From Escherichia coli (GTDB lineage Bacteria > Pseudomonadota > Gammaproteobacteria > Enterobacterales > Enterobacteriaceae): a DNA stretch of 64,000 nucleotides. Both the position numbers and the translations under genes were made by a program. The notes beneath the pieces were generated by a model. The model searched no databases, had not been told where the DNA came from, and saw only the letters and a program-made list of their open reading frames with translations. Positions 13,749-24,493 of the stretch are shown here, piece after piece (within the stretch, counting starts at the first letter, position 1; the number at the start of each line of letters is the position of its first letter). Location: assembly GCF_030384885.1 (NCBI RefSeq), contig NZ_CP128613.1; one strand, 5' to 3'.

Positions 13749-14215
13749 CAGCGAGTTTGCTCAGGTGCAGGGATGACCGAAATTGTCATGTATTTTTTCA
13801 GTCTGGCTTCTCGTTTCACACCTTTCGGATCTGAACCAAAAGGAAGCGTCAAGCATGGTGAGTCAACGGTTTGGATTGTCCAGAGAGAATCACCAATGAA
13901 TCTGAAATTGATGCTATCCGCTGTAACGGATAATCCCTCAAAACTTCCCGTCGCATACTCATTACCCAAACGTACGGTCTCTTTAACTCCATCGTTAACA
14001 TCGATAAGGACAATTGTCAGTGATTCCTCAAAAATAACGTCATCCGTCAGAAAAAGGATATAACGCTGGTCATTAACCTGAATTGCCGCTTCCAGTATTT
14101 GCCCTGGTACAATAATACCTGTGTTATTGCCATTAAGCACAACGTCAGACTGAGCCTGAGATAAATCAGTCGCTTTGTGAACCTTGACCAACGATATCGA
14201 ATTAACCTGTTGCAT
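13748..14215 (-). CDS. Hypothetical protein (island ORF 4)
   Basis: ORF track gives 13748..14308 from a GTG; I prefer ATG at 14215 (MQQVNSISLV..., 155 aa) because the upstream part is better explained by a separate out-of-frame glycine-zipper ORF ending 2 nt before this ATG. Confidence 0.45.
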   Translation of the reverse strand: MQQVNSISLVKVHKATDLSQAQSDVVLNGNNTGIIVPGQILEAAIQVNDQRYILFLTDDVIFEESLTIVLIDVNDGVKETVRLGNEYATGSFEGLSVTADSINFRFIGDSLWTIQTVDSPCLTLPFGSDPKGVKREARLKKYMTISVIPAPEQTR

Positions 14216-14217
14216 AA

Positions 14218-14358
14218 TCAATTCCACAAGCGCCCCATTTCCCATGCGGCAAGTGCACCGCCGACAAAGCCGCCAATAAGTACGCAAACAGGTGCTCCTG
14301 GACCACACATCAATCCGGTCAACGCACCGCCTGCGACAGCACCGGCAATAATATTCAT
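14218..14358 (-). CDS. 46-aa double glycine-zipper transmembrane micropeptide (island ORF 3)
   Basis: My own translation of the minus strand: MNIIAGAVAGGALTGLMCGPGAPVCVLIGGFVGGALAAWEMGRLWN, stop TGA 2 nt before the next start; two GxxxG-type glycine zippers; not in ORF track (below length cutoff). Confidence 0.4.
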   Translation of the reverse strand: MNIIAGAVAGGALTGLMCGPGAPVCVLIGGFVGGALAAWEMGRLWN

Positions 14359-14541
14359 CCGGGTACGACTGCCAGTGGTTTTAACAGATTTACGCTCACC
14401 GTTACGTATCCTGCCACCACTCAGGTTGCAGACGCGGCAGTCACAGCCTTGACGGTGTTGAAACTAAAGTTCAGGTGATAGTCTGATGTTCATAGTTTGA
14501 GCATTATCCCCTGACAGAATCAAATCAAGCAGTGTCAATGA

Positions 14542-14799
14542 TCACGTGTATATATCATTTAAAGCATTATCAAGCCAATCTTCCATGTTTTTAATTTTAG
14601 CCCGCGCATATAAATCATTCATAACATCCTCATAACTCTGTCCATCATTGACCATACAATTAGCTGTATGAGGCAGAACATGTATAAAATCAGACAATAT
14701 AAAACAAGCCTTTGAATTTCCAGAGTTAGCTGCAATTCTGATATCAATCAATCCTCTGGCAATCAATTTAAGAATAACATCTTGCATTTTAATTTCCAT
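14542..14799 (-). CDS. Hypothetical small cytoplasmic protein, immunity-protein-like (island ORF 2)
   Basis: 85-aa ORF in AT-rich island, co-oriented with neighbours; no family recognised. Confidence 0.45.
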   Translation of the reverse strand: MEIKMQDVILKLIARGLIDIRIAANSGNSKACFILSDFIHVLPHTANCMVNDGQSYEDVMNDLYARAKIKNMEDWLDNALNDIYT

Positions 14800-14881
14800 A
14801 TCATCCAGTTAAATTTCAGTAGTAAATCGTCTATCAAAAAAAGATGAAATTAACATTCATAAATTTATTACAATATGAAAA

Positions 14882-15235
14882 TCAAAAATATACATCATCA
14901 GCTTCTACCGAAAACTCCATGGCTCCTAAGGCACCTAAATCAATACTAAATATAGTATCACTTTCCTTAGCACTCCCAACATAGATAAAATAGCCTAAAT
15001 CTCCGTCTTGACCTATCAAAAAATAGTCAGGTTCCACTTGTTGAATATCATATGTTTCATTTCTTTCAATAAGATCAGAATAGTTATATAAATATAATGT
15101 TTCGTGCTTCTTATTAGTTATTTCATAGGTCTCACTATCTTTAATTTCTTCTATCAAAAAACGTTTATACACTGGAGGAAACTTGATTGACATGTCAAAT
15201 TCAATTTTATTTATATATTCTATAATTTTATTCAT
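14882..15235 (-). CDS. SUKH/SMI1-KNR4-like immunity-type protein (island ORF 1)
   Basis: 117-aa ORF; FPPVYKRFLIEE ... YFLIGQDGDLGYFIYVG resembles the SMI1/KNR4 (SUKH-1) pattern (aromatic/Pro N-terminal motif plus GxDGxGxxxY) seen in polymorphic-toxin immunity proteins; assignment by eye only. Confidence 0.5.
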   Translation of the reverse strand: MNKIIEYINKIEFDMSIKFPPVYKRFLIEEIKDSETYEITNKKHETLYLYNYSDLIERNETYDIQQVEPDYFLIGQDGDLGYFIYVGSAKESDTIFSIDLGALGAMEFSVEADDVYF

Positions 15236-15469
15236 GTTAAGAATACCTGAAAGATTATTTATTGATTATCTTGATGAATATATCTTCACTTTTTATTTTC
15301 ATTTACTCATCGCGGAAATACACATTGCCTTGTAGACAAGCGCTAATAATACGTTATGAACCTGACTTCCGCCAGACAATCAATCTATGAATTCATTACG
15401 CCGTAGTGTTTTAGAAAGACACTTTCTGACCAGATGGTGAACCATATACTACATCGCGCATTATAAAAA

Positions 15470-15505
15470 AACCGCCAGCGTTTCCACTAGCGGTTTTCAA
15501 TGTTT
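15470..15505. terminator. Putative bidirectional hairpin downstream of ybfA
   Basis: aaaaaaaccgccagcgtttccactagcggtttt: short GC stem flanked by A-run and T-run. Confidence 0.4.
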
Positions 15506-15519
15506 TCAAAACTCAGCAA

Positions 15520-15726
15520 TCAGTAAAAATCACCGGTTGCCTTTTCGGCCTGATCCATCCACACCGGCTTATCGCTGGTTTTCGACCAGACGCGATGCAG
15601 GTAGCTGTAAAAGCGGGCGCGGTCTTTCCAGAAAAGCATGAAAGGCAGCGCCAAAACGCCCGCTGCAACCGCATAAGTACGGCGTAAAAAGATAAGCCAT
15701 GCAGGATATTCTCTGTAGAGTTCCAT
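15520..15726 (-). CDS. ybfA: DUF2517-family small protein
   Basis: 68-aa ORF ([35 protein letters not shown]...), divergent from kdpF. Confidence 0.8.
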
Positions 15727-15937
15727 ACTTTTCTCCCCCTTTTGTATCTACCCGGTGAATGGCACCGGAAAAATGAATTTGTTTATCTGATGAAAATAGT
15801 ACCGCCTTTTGTGTAATTTTACTACTCATCCGACCACTTATTTTTGCTTATTGATGGTTTATTTACATTCATCGTGTAATTAAGTTACATGAAAGTTAAA
15901 TTAATACTAAACATTAGTTAAATCATGGCTTTTGCCA

Positions 15938-15956
15938 TTTTTATACTTTTTTTACA
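15938..15956 (+). promoter_or_regulatory. KdpE operator (direct-repeat half sites) in kdpFABC promoter
   Basis: tttttatactttttttaca about 80 bp upstream of kdpF start; matches the described KdpE-binding direct repeat TTTATA-N-TTTACA. Confidence 0.65.
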
Positions 15957-16038
15957 CCCCACCCGCAGATTTTTGCGAAATCTTTGCAGCCAGAATTCTA
16001 CCCTTCCGGTATCACTTTTAGGCCACTGGAGGTGCACT

Positions 16039-16128
16039 GTGAGTGCAGGCGTGATAGCCGGCGTGTTGCTGGTGTTTTTATTACTGGGTTATCTGGTTTA
16101 TGCCCTGATCAATGCGGAGGCGTTCTGA
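16039..16128 (+). CDS. kdpF: K+-transporting ATPase small subunit KdpF
   Basis: GTG-initiated 29-codon ORF ([28 protein letters not shown]) whose stop overlaps the kdpA ATG; embedded in ORF 15925..16128. Confidence 0.85.
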   Translation: MSAGVIAGVLLVFLLLGYLVYALINAEAF

Positions 16129-17801
16129 TGGCTGCGCAAGGGTTCTTACTGATTGCCACGTTTTTACTGGTGTTAATGGTGCTGGCGCGCCCTTTGGGCA
16201 GTGGGCTGGCGCGGCTGATTAATGATATTCCTCTTCCTGGTACGACGGGCGTTGAGCGCGTACTTTTTCGCGCACTTGGCGTGTCTGACCGTGAGATGAA
16301 CTGGAAGCAGTATCTCTGTGCCATTCTCGGCCTGAACATGCTGGGGCTGGCAGTGCTGTTTTTTATGTTGCTCGGTCAGCACTATCTGCCGCTTAATCCA
16401 CAGCAGTTGCCAGGGCTGTCGTGGGATCTGGCGCTGAATACCGCCGTCAGCTTTGGCACGAATACCAACTGGCAATCTTACAGCGGTGAAACCACGTTGA
16501 GCTATTTCAGCCAGATGGCGGGCTTAACGGTGCAAAACTTTCTTTCTGCCGCCAGCGGGATTGCGGTGATTTTTGCCCTCATTCGTGCATTTACCCGCCA
16601 GAGCATGAGCACACTCGGGAATGCCTGGGTCGATCTGCTACGCATCACGTTATGGGTGCTAGTCCCTGTGGCGTTGTTGATCGCACTGTTTTTTATTCAA
16701 CAAGGTGCGCTGCAAAACTTTCTGCCCTATCAGGCGGTGAATACCGTTGAAGGAGCGCAACAGCTGTTACCCATGGGGCCTGTAGCTTCTCAGGAAGCGA
16801 TCAAGATGCTCGGTACTAACGGCGGTGGCTTCTTTAATGCCAACTCGTCGCATCCGTTTGAAAACCCAACCGCACTGACCAACTTCGTGCAGATGCTGGC
16901 GATTTTCTTGATCCCAACAGCGCTGTGCTTTGCCTTTGGTGAAGTGGCAGGCGATCGCCGCCAGGGGCGCATGTTGCTGTGGGCGATGTCAGTGATTTTT
17001 GTCATCTGCGTAGGCGTGGTGATGTGGGCAGAAGTTCAGGGTAATCCTCATCTGCTGGCGCTGGGTGCGGACAGCAGCATCAATATGGAAGGTAAAGAGA
17101 GCCGTTTCGGCGTGCTGGTCAGTAGCCTGTTTGCGGTCGTGACTACAGCGGCTTCCTGTGGCGCGGTGATTGCGATGCATGATTCGTTTACCGCTCTCGG
17201 CGGCATGGTGCCGATGTGGCTGATGCAAATTGGTGAAGTGGTGTTCGGCGGTGTCGGTTCTGGTCTTTACGGCATGATGCTGTTTGTCCTGCTGGCGGTG
17301 TTTATTGCTGGGCTGATGATTGGTCGTACGCCGGAATATCTGGGTAAAAAAATCGACGTACGCGAGATGAAACTGACCGCACTGGCGATTCTGGTCACTC
17401 CAACGCTGGTACTGATGGGCGCAGCACTGGCGATGATGACCGACGCCGGACGTAGCGCCATGCTCAACCCTGGCCCGCATGGTTTTAGCGAAGTGCTGTA
17501 CGCCGTGTCATCCGCCGCTAACAACAACGGCAGCGCCTTTGCCGGATTAAGCGCCAACTCTCCGTTCTGGAACTGTTTACTGGCGTTCTGCATGTTTGTT
17601 GGTCGCTTCGGGGTGATTATCCCGGTAATGGCAATTGCCGGTTCGCTGGTGAGTAAAAAGAGCCAACCCGCCAGCTCCGGCACGCTGCCAACGCACGGCC
17701 CGCTGTTTGTTGGCCTGTTAATCGGCACCGTGTTGCTGGTTGGCGCACTGACCTTTATCCCTGCCCTGGCGCTTGGTCCGGTGGCGGAATATCTCTCCTG
17801 A
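16128..17801 (+). CDS. kdpA: K+-transporting ATPase subunit A (channel subunit)
   Basis: ORF 15984..17801; start at [12 protein letters not shown] (557 aa), overlapping kdpF stop. Confidence 0.9.
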   Translation: MAAQGFLLIATFLLVLMVLARPLGSGLARLINDIPLPGTTGVERVLFRALGVSDREMNWKQYLCAILGLNMLGLAVLFFMLLGQHYLPLNPQQLPGLSWDLALNTAVSFGTNTNWQSYSGETTLSYFSQMAGLTVQNFLSAASGIAVIFALIRAFTRQSMSTLGNAWVDLLRITLWVLVPVALLIALFFIQQGALQNFLPYQAVNTVEGAQQLLPMGPVASQEAIKMLGTNGGGFFNANSSHPFENPTALTNFVQMLAIFLIPTALCFAFGEVAGDRRQGRMLLWAMSVIFVICVGVVMWAEVQGNPHLLALGADSSINMEGKESRFGVLVSSLFAVVTTAASCGAVIAMHDSFTALGGMVPMWLMQIGEVVFGGVGSGLYGMMLFVLLAVFIAGLMIGRTPEYLGKKIDVREMKLTALAILVTPTLVLMGAALAMMTDAGRSAMLNPGPHGFSEVLYAVSSAANNNGSAFAGLSANSPFWNCLLAFCMFVGRFGVIIPVMAIAGSLVSKKSQPASSGTLPTHGPLFVGLLIGTVLLVGALTFIPALALGPVAEYLS

Positions 17802-17823
17802 TGATATTGAGTGAGCACTGAAT

Positions 17824-19872
17824 ATGAGTCGTAAACAACTGGCGCTATTCGAACCAACACTTGTCGTTCAGGCGCTGAAAGAAGCGGTGAAAAAATTAAA
17901 CCCGCAGGCGCAATGGCGCAATCCGGTGATGTTTATCGTCTGGATCGGCAGTCTGCTGACCACCTGTATTAGCATCGCGATGGCAAGCGGTGCGATGCCT
18001 GGCAATGCGCTGTTTAGCGCGGCCATTAGCGGCTGGCTGTGGGTCACCGTACTGTTCGCTAATTTCGCCGAGGCGCTGGCAGAAGGCCGCAGTAAAGCGC
18101 AGGCCAACAGTCTGAAAGGGGTGAAAAAAACTGCCTTTGCCCGCAAGCTGCGTGAGCCGAAATATGGCGCTGCGGCGGACAAAGTTCCTGCCGATCAACT
18201 GCGTAAAGGCGATATCGTGCTGGTAGAAGCTGGCGATATTATCCCCTGCGATGGTGAAGTCATTGAAGGGGGCGCATCGGTCGATGAAAGCGCCATCACC
18301 GGGGAATCGGCACCGGTGATCCGTGAATCCGGCGGCGATTTTGCCTCCGTCACCGGCGGCACGCGTATTCTTTCTGACTGGCTGGTGATTGAGTGCAGCG
18401 TTAACCCCGGTGAGACATTTCTGGATCGGATGATCGCGATGGTGGAAGGCGCGCAGCGACGTAAAACGCCGAACGAGATTGCCCTGACCATTCTGCTGAT
18501 TGCCCTGACTATCGTCTTTTTACTGGCAACCGCCACGCTGTGGCCGTTTTCCGCGTGGGGCGGTAATGCAGTCAGTGTAACGGTACTGGTGGCGCTGCTG
18601 GTCTGTCTGATTCCAACCACCATCGGTGGCCTGTTGTCAGCGATCGGCGTCGCCGGGATGAGTCGGATGCTGGGCGCGAATGTGATTGCCACCAGCGGGC
18701 GTGCAGTTGAAGCGGCGGGCGACGTGGACGTCCTGCTGCTGGATAAAACCGGTACCATCACCCTCGGTAACCGTCAGGCATCAGAGTTTATCCCTGCGCA
18801 GGGCGTAGAGGAAAAAACGCTGGCCGACGCAGCGCAACTGGCTTCGCTGGCCGACGAAACGCCGGAAGGCCGCAGTATTGTGATCCTCGCCAAGCAGCGT
18901 TTTAACCTGCGCGAGCGCGATGTGCAGTCGCTTCACGCCACTTTTGTACCGTTTACTGCGCAAAGTCGAATGAGCGGGATCAATATCGATAACCGTATGA
19001 TCCGTAAAGGTTCTGTCGATGCCATTCGCCGCCATGTTGAGGCTAACGGTGGTCACTTCCCTGCCGATATCGATCAAAAAGTCGATCAGGTTGCGCGTCA
19101 GGGAGCCACGCCGCTGGTGGTGGTGGAAGGTTCTCGTGTGCTGGGCGTTATTGCGCTGAAAGATATCGTCAAAGGCGGTATTAAAGAGCGCTTCGCCCAA
19201 CTGCGCAAAATGGGCATTAAAACGGTGATGATTACTGGCGATAACCGTCTGACTGCCGCCGCCATTGCCGCGGAAGCGGGCGTCGATGATTTCCTCGCCG
19301 AAGCGACACCGGAGGCCAAGCTGGCGTTAATTCGTCAGTATCAGGCGGAAGGCCGTTTGGTGGCGATGACCGGCGACGGCACCAACGATGCTCCGGCGCT
19401 GGCGCAGGCAGATGTCGCGGTGGCGATGAACTCTGGTACTCAGGCGGCGAAAGAAGCGGGCAATATGGTGGATCTCGACTCTAACCCGACCAAGTTGATC
19501 GAGGTGGTGCATATTGGCAAACAGATGCTGATGACCCGTGGCTCGCTGACCACCTTCAGCATTGCCAACGATGTGGCGAAATACTTCGCCATTATTCCGG
19601 CGGCGTTCGCGGCAACATATCCGCAGTTAAATGCGCTGAACATCATGCGCCTGCATTCACCCGACTCCGCCATCCTCAGTGCGGTGATTTTCAACGCCTT
19701 GATTATCGTCTTTTTAATTCCCCTGGCGTTAAAAGGCGTGAGTTATAAACCGCTTACCGCTTCTGCCATGTTGCGCCGTAACTTATGGATTTACGGTCTG
19801 GGTGGGCTGCTGGTGCCGTTTATTGGTATCAAAGTCATTGATTTACTGCTGACCGTTTGCGGTCTGGTGTGA
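17824..19872 (+). CDS. kdpB: K+-transporting P-type ATPase catalytic subunit B
   Basis: 682-aa ORF with P-type ATPase motifs ([19 protein letters not shown]). Confidence 0.95.
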   Translation: MSRKQLALFEPTLVVQALKEAVKKLNPQAQWRNPVMFIVWIGSLLTTCISIAMASGAMPGNALFSAAISGWLWVTVLFANFAEALAEGRSKAQANSLKGVKKTAFARKLREPKYGAAADKVPADQLRKGDIVLVEAGDIIPCDGEVIEGGASVDESAITGESAPVIRESGGDFASVTGGTRILSDWLVIECSVNPGETFLDRMIAMVEGAQRRKTPNEIALTILLIALTIVFLLATATLWPFSAWGGNAVSVTVLVALLVCLIPTTIGGLLSAIGVAGMSRMLGANVIATSGRAVEAAGDVDVLLLDKTGTITLGNRQASEFIPAQGVEEKTLADAAQLASLADETPEGRSIVILAKQRFNLRERDVQSLHATFVPFTAQSRMSGINIDNRMIRKGSVDAIRRHVEANGGHFPADIDQKVDQVARQGATPLVVVEGSRVLGVIALKDIVKGGIKERFAQLRKMGIKTVMITGDNRLTAAAIAAEAGVDDFLAEATPEAKLALIRQYQAEGRLVAMTGDGTNDAPALAQADVAVAMNSGTQAAKEAGNMVDLDSNPTKLIEVVHIGKQMLMTRGSLTTFSIANDVAKYFAIIPAAFAATYPQLNALNIMRLHSPDSAILSAVIFNALIIVFLIPLALKGVSYKPLTASAMLRRNLWIYGLGGLLVPFIGIKVIDLLLTVCGLV

Positions 19873-19880
19873 GGTTTACC

Positions 19881-20453
19881 ATGCGTGGATTACGTCCGGC
19901 ATTATCAACATTTCTCTTTTTGTTACTGATTACTGGCGGTGTTTACCCGCTGCTGACCACCGCGCTGGGGCAATGGTGGTTTCCCTGGCAGGCCAATGGT
20001 TCGTTGATTCGCGAAGGTGATACGGTGCGCGGCTCGGCATTAATCGGGCAGAATTTTACCGGCAACGGCTATTTTCATGGTCGCCCGTCGGCAACGGCAG
20101 AAATGCCCTATAATCCACAGGCTTCTGGCGGGAGCAATCTGGCGATCAGTAACCCTGAGCTGGATAAACTAATAGCCGCACGCGTTGCTGCATTACGGGC
20201 CGCTAACCCGGATGCCAGCGCGAACGTTCCGGTTGAACTGGTGACGGCGTCGGCAAGCGGGCTGGACAATAACATCACCCCGCAAGCGGCGGCCTGGCAG
20301 ATCCCACGCGTGGCGAAAGCGCGTAATCTCAGCGTTGAACAGCTCACGCAGCTGATCGCAAAATATAGCCAACAACCGCTGGTGAAATATATCGGCCAGC
20401 CGGTCGTCAACATTGTCGAACTCAATCTGGCGCTGGATAAGCTTGATGAATAA
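19881..20453 (+). CDS. kdpC: K+-transporting ATPase subunit C
   Basis: ORF 19857..20453; start at [11 protein letters not shown] (190 aa). Confidence 0.9.
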   Translation: MRGLRPALSTFLFLLLITGGVYPLLTTALGQWWFPWQANGSLIREGDTVRGSALIGQNFTGNGYFHGRPSATAEMPYNPQASGGSNLAISNPELDKLIAARVAALRAANPDASANVPVELVTASASGLDNNITPQAAAWQIPRVAKARNLSVEQLTQLIAKYSQQPLVKYIGQPVVNIVELNLALDKLDE

Positions 20454-23130
20454 CGAACCCTTACGTCCCGACCCCGATCGTCTGCTGGAACAAACTGCCG
20501 CGCCGCATCGGGGGAAGCTGAAAGTATTTTTCGGTGCCTGTGCAGGCGTCGGGAAGACCTGGGCGATGCTGGCAGAAGCCCAGCGACTGCGGGCGCAAGG
20601 GCTGGATATTGTGGTTGGCGTGGTTGAAACTCACGGACGGAAAGATACCGCCGCAATGCTGGAAGGGCTGGCTGTTCTGCCGCTAAAACGCCAGGCGTAC
20701 CGTGGGCGGCACATCAGCGAGTTTGATCTCGATGCCGCCCTCGCCCGCCGTCCGGCGCTGATCTTAATGGACGAACTGGCGCACAGTAATGCGCCAGGCT
20801 CTCGTCATCCTAAACGCTGGCAGGACATTGAAGAGCTGCTGGAAGCGGGCATTGATGTTTTCACTACCGTCAACGTTCAGCATCTGGAAAGCCTGAACGA
20901 TGTGGTCAGCGGCGTCACCGGAATTCAGGTGCGGGAAACCGTGCCCGATCCCTTTTTTGATGCTGCCGACGACGTAGTGCTGGTGGACTTGCCCCCAGAC
21001 GATCTGCGTCAACGGCTGAAAGAAGGCAAAGTCTATATTGCCGGGCAGGCGGAGCGCGCCATTGAACATTTTTTCCGCAAAGGCAATCTGATCGCCCTGC
21101 GCGAACTGGCACTGCGCCGTACTGCCGATCGCGTAGATGAGCAAATGCGCGCCTGGCGGGGGCATCCTGGCGAAGAGAAAGTCTGGCACACGCGCGACGC
21201 GATTCTTTTATGTATTGGGCATAACACCGGCAGCGAAAAACTGGTCCGCGCGGCGGCACGGTTGGCATCGCGCCTTGGGAGCGTCTGGCACGCGGTGTAT
21301 GTTGAAACCCCTGCCCTGCATCGCTTACCGGAGAAAAAACGTCGGGCAATTCTCAGCGCCTTACGTCTGGCGCAGGAGCTGGGCGCGGAGACAGCAACAC
21401 TTTCTGATCCGGCGGAAGAAAAAGCCGTAGTGCATTATGCCCGTGAACATAATCTCGGCAAGATTATTCTCGGTCGCCCGGCCTCGCGCCGCTGGTGGCG
21501 TCGGGAAACGTTTGCTGACCGACTGGCGCGCATCGCCCCCGATCTCGATCAGGTGCTGGTCGCGCTTGATGAACCACCCGCCCGCCCGCTTAATAACGCG
21601 CCGGATAGCCGCTCTTTTAAAGACAAGTGGCGGGTACAGATTCAGGGGTGCGTGGTTGCCGCCGCGTTATGTGCCGTTATCACCTTAATTGCCATGCAGT
21701 GGCTGATGGCGTTTGATGCCGCCAACCTGGTGATGCTGTATCTGCTTGGCGTGGTGGTGGTGGCGCTATTTTATGGACGCTGGCCTTCGGTGCTTGCTAC
21801 CGTCATTAATGTGGTGAGTTTCGATCTCTTTTTTATCGCCCCACGCGGCACGCTCGCCGTCTCTGATGTGCAATATCTGCTGACCTTCGCGGTGATGTTA
21901 ACCGTCGGGCTGGTGATCGGGAACCTTACTGCTGGCGTGCGTTATCAGGCGCGGGTAGCCCGTTACCGCGAACAACGCACACGGCACTTATATGAAATGT
22001 CGAAAGCTCTGGCTGTGGGCCGCAGTCCGCAGGACATCGCCGCCACCAGCGAACAATTTATTGCTTCTACGTTTCATGCCCGCAGCCAGGTATTGTTACC
22101 CGATGACAACGGTAAATTGCAGCCGTTAACACATCCGCAAGGAATGACGCCGTGGGACGATGCCATCGCGCAGTGGAGTTTTGATAAAGGCCTGCCTGCG
22201 GGCGCGGGCACCGATACGTTACCCGGTGTGCCATACCAGATTTTGCCGTTAAAAAGCGGTGAGAAAACCTACGGGCTGGTGGTGGTGGAACCGGGGAATC
22301 TGCGCCAGTTGATGATCCCGGAACAGCAACGCCTGCTGGAGACGTTCACGCTGTTAGTTGCCAATGCCCTGGAACGCCTGGCGCTGACCGCCAGCGAAGA
22401 ACAGGCGCGGATGGCAAGCGAACGAGAACAGATCCGCAACGCCCTGCTGGCGGCGCTTTCGCATGATTTACGCACGCCGCTTACGGTGCTGTTCGGTCAG
22501 GCAGAAATCTTAACGCTCGATCTGGCAAGCGAAGGATCGCCTCACGCCCGCCAGGCCAGCGAGATTCGTCAGCATGTGCTGAACACGACCCGACTGGTGA
22601 ATAATCTACTGGATATGGCGCGAATTCAGTCCGGCGGCTTTAATTTGAAGAAAGAGTGGTTAACGCTGGAAGAAGTGGTCGGTAGCGCGCTACAAATGCT
22701 GGAACCGGGATTATCATCGCCCATCAACCTGTCTTTGCCAGAACCGCTGACCTTAATCCACGTTGATGGGCCACTCTTTGAACGGGTGCTGATTAATCTG
22801 CTGGAGAACGCGGTGAAATATGCGGGTGCGCAGGCCGAAATTGGTATCGATGCCCACGTTGAGGGCGAAAATCTACAACTGGATGTCTGGGATAACGGCC
22901 CCGGTCTTCCGCCAGGTCAGGAGCAGACGATATTCGATAAGTTTGCTCGTGGAAATAAAGAGTCGGCGGTGCCGGGCGTTGGGCTTGGGCTGGCAATTTG
23001 TCGGGCGATTGTGGATGTACACGACGGCACCATTACCGCCTTCAACCGACCGCAAGGTGGTGCCTGTTTTCGTGTTACACTTCCCCAGCAAACTGCCCCT
23101 GAACTTGAAGAATTTCATGAGGATATGTGA
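20446..23130 (+). CDS. kdpD: Sensor histidine kinase KdpD
   Basis: ORF 20413..23130; start at [16 protein letters not shown]; H-box [14 protein letters not shown], ATPase G-boxes; overlaps kdpC end. Confidence 0.95.
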   Translation: MNNEPLRPDPDRLLEQTAAPHRGKLKVFFGACAGVGKTWAMLAEAQRLRAQGLDIVVGVVETHGRKDTAAMLEGLAVLPLKRQAYRGRHISEFDLDAALARRPALILMDELAHSNAPGSRHPKRWQDIEELLEAGIDVFTTVNVQHLESLNDVVSGVTGIQVRETVPDPFFDAADDVVLVDLPPDDLRQRLKEGKVYIAGQAERAIEHFFRKGNLIALRELALRRTADRVDEQMRAWRGHPGEEKVWHTRDAILLCIGHNTGSEKLVRAAARLASRLGSVWHAVYVETPALHRLPEKKRRAILSALRLAQELGAETATLSDPAEEKAVVHYAREHNLGKIILGRPASRRWWRRETFADRLARIAPDLDQVLVALDEPPARPLNNAPDSRSFKDKWRVQIQGCVVAAALCAVITLIAMQWLMAFDAANLVMLYLLGVVVVALFYGRWPSVLATVINVVSFDLFFIAPRGTLAVSDVQYLLTFAVMLTVGLVIGNLTAGVRYQARVARYREQRTRHLYEMSKALAVGRSPQDIAATSEQFIASTFHARSQVLLPDDNGKLQPLTHPQGMTPWDDAIAQWSFDKGLPAGAGTDTLPGVPYQILPLKSGEKTYGLVVVEPGNLRQLMIPEQQRLLETFTLLVANALERLALTASEEQARMASEREQIRNALLAALSHDLRTPLTVLFGQAEILTLDLASEGSPHARQASEIRQHVLNTTRLVNNLLDMARIQSGGFNLKKEWLTLEEVVGSALQMLEPGLSSPINLSLPEPLTLIHVDGPLFERVLINLLENAVKYAGAQAEIGIDAHVEGENLQLDVWDNGPGLPPGQEQTIFDKFARGNKESAVPGVGLGLAICRAIVDVHDGTITAFNRPQGGACFRVTLPQQTAPELEEFHEDM

Positions 23131-23804
23131 CAAACGTTCTGATTGTTGAAGATGAACAGGCTATTCGTCGCTTTCTGCGCACGGCGCTGGAGGGCGATGG
23201 GATGCGCGTCTTTGAGGCCGAAACGCTGCAACGCGGCTTGCTGGAAGCGGCAACCCGTAAGCCCGATTTGATTATTCTCGATCTCGGCCTGCCAGACGGT
23301 GATGGGATTGAGTTTATCCGCGACCTGCGCCAGTGGAGCGCGGTGCCAGTAATTGTGCTTTCCGCCCGCAGCGAAGAGAGCGACAAAATCGCCGCGCTGG
23401 ATGCTGGAGCGGATGATTATCTGAGTAAGCCATTTGGTATTGGCGAATTACAGGCCCGTCTGCGCGTTGCTTTACGTCGCCACTCCGCCACCGCCGCTCC
23501 CGATCCGCTGGTGAAATTTTCTGATGTTACCGTCGATTTAGCCGCCCGCGTAATCCACCGCGGCGAGGAAGAGGTGCATCTCACCCCGATTGAATTCCGC
23601 CTGCTGGCGGTGCTGCTCAACAATGCCGGAAAAGTGCTCACCCAGCGCCAGCTTCTCAACCAGGTGTGGGGACCAAACGCGGTCGAACACAGCCACTATT
23701 TGCGTATATATATGGGGCATCTGCGACAAAAACTGGAGCAAGATCCCGCCCGCCCTCGCCATTTTATTACTGAAACCGGTATTGGGTATCGGTTTATGCC
23801 ATGA
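23127..23804 (+). CDS. kdpE: Response regulator KdpE (OmpR family)
   Basis: 225-aa ORF, GTG start overlapping kdpD stop (GTGA); receiver domain (LIVEDEQAIRRFL...DLGLPDGDG) and winged-helix output domain. Confidence 0.95.
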   Translation: MTNVLIVEDEQAIRRFLRTALEGDGMRVFEAETLQRGLLEAATRKPDLIILDLGLPDGDGIEFIRDLRQWSAVPVIVLSARSEESDKIAALDAGADDYLSKPFGIGELQARLRVALRRHSATAAPDPLVKFSDVTVDLAARVIHRGEEEVHLTPIEFRLLAVLLNNAGKVLTQRQLLNQVWGPNAVEHSHYLRIYMGHLRQKLEQDPARPRHFITETGIGYRFMP

Positions 23805-23849
23805 ATTATTATTCAATAAATACGCTTAACTAATTATTAATTTATTATT

Positions 23850-23883
23850 AAACCTGCCCCGAAAATTATTATTTGGCAGGTTT
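23850..23883. terminator. Putative hairpin downstream of kdpE
   Basis: aaacctgcc-N15-ggcaggttt in AT-rich context; long loop, so weak. Confidence 0.35.
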
Positions 23884-24078
23884 AATTTCTTAATGAAAAT
23901 ATAACCTACGAAATTGCAACATTTAAACAACAAAACAGCATCTAATATGGCGCTATTCATAATTAACGATTTATTATTTGGGGTGTGATCGTTTTTTGTT
24001 GATCTTCTTCACAGTTTATAGCCTTTTCATGGATAGAATAACTCTACCTTCAACTGACACAGCAAAAGGTAAAGGTAA

Positions 24079-24183
24079 ATGGAAAATAATAACCGCTTAA
24101 TGCCTCATATAAGGCGGACAACCCATATCATGAAGTTTGCCCATCGTAATAGTTTTGACTTTCATTTCTTTAATGCCCGTTAG
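24079..24183 (+). CDS. speFL: speF leader peptide (ornithine-sensing ribosome arrest peptide)
   Basis: 34-codon ORF translated by hand: MENNNRLMPHIRRTTHIMKFAHRNSFDFHFFNAR*, about 310 bp upstream of speF; matches the described SpeFL leader; not in ORF track. Confidence 0.8.
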   Translation: MENNNRLMPHIRRTTHIMKFAHRNSFDFHFFNAR

Positions 24184-24493
24184 TCTTCTGACTAAAGGGC
24201 ACCCCAGCGTACAGGTCTCCCTGACTTTAAGCATTACAGGTTAATACCTGTATCCCTCGGTGCTCATATACTGCTAACCCTTTTAAACTCTAAATAATTC
24301 AAGTCGCAGCACTAGCAACTTGAAGTATGACGAGTATAGCCAGTTACCGGGCTGGTCTGGGTTATTGCATCTGCAAAAAGCAAACTACTGATTTATTTAT
24401 CAGCGGTGGAGTTTTGCTTTTTTTCCGGCGTGATCGATTTCTCCTTTGAGAAATTGAGGACCTGCTATTACCTGAAATAAAGAGATGAACAAA

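Noticed and set aside
13748-14308. GTG-initiated 186-aa version of island ORF 4 from the ORF track
   Set aside because: Its N-terminal 31 residues (MWSRSTCLRTYWRLCRRCTCR...) look non-protein-like and overlap a much more plausible glycine-zipper ORF in another frame; I prefer the ATG at 14215. Cannot be settled without comparative data.
18195-18761. 188-aa minus-strand ORF and other antisense ORFs inside kdpB/kdpD (e.g. 17267..17860, 20108..20656, 20915..21349)
   Set aside because: All embedded in strongly supported kdp genes on the other strand; Ser/Thr/Arg/Ala-rich translations typical of non-coding frames.
23805-24078. Searched kdpE-speF intergenic region for an additional small protein gene (ybfK-like)
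   Set aside because: Only very short ORFs (e.g. 13 codons at 23949..23990) without convincing RBS; could not support a call beyond speFL.
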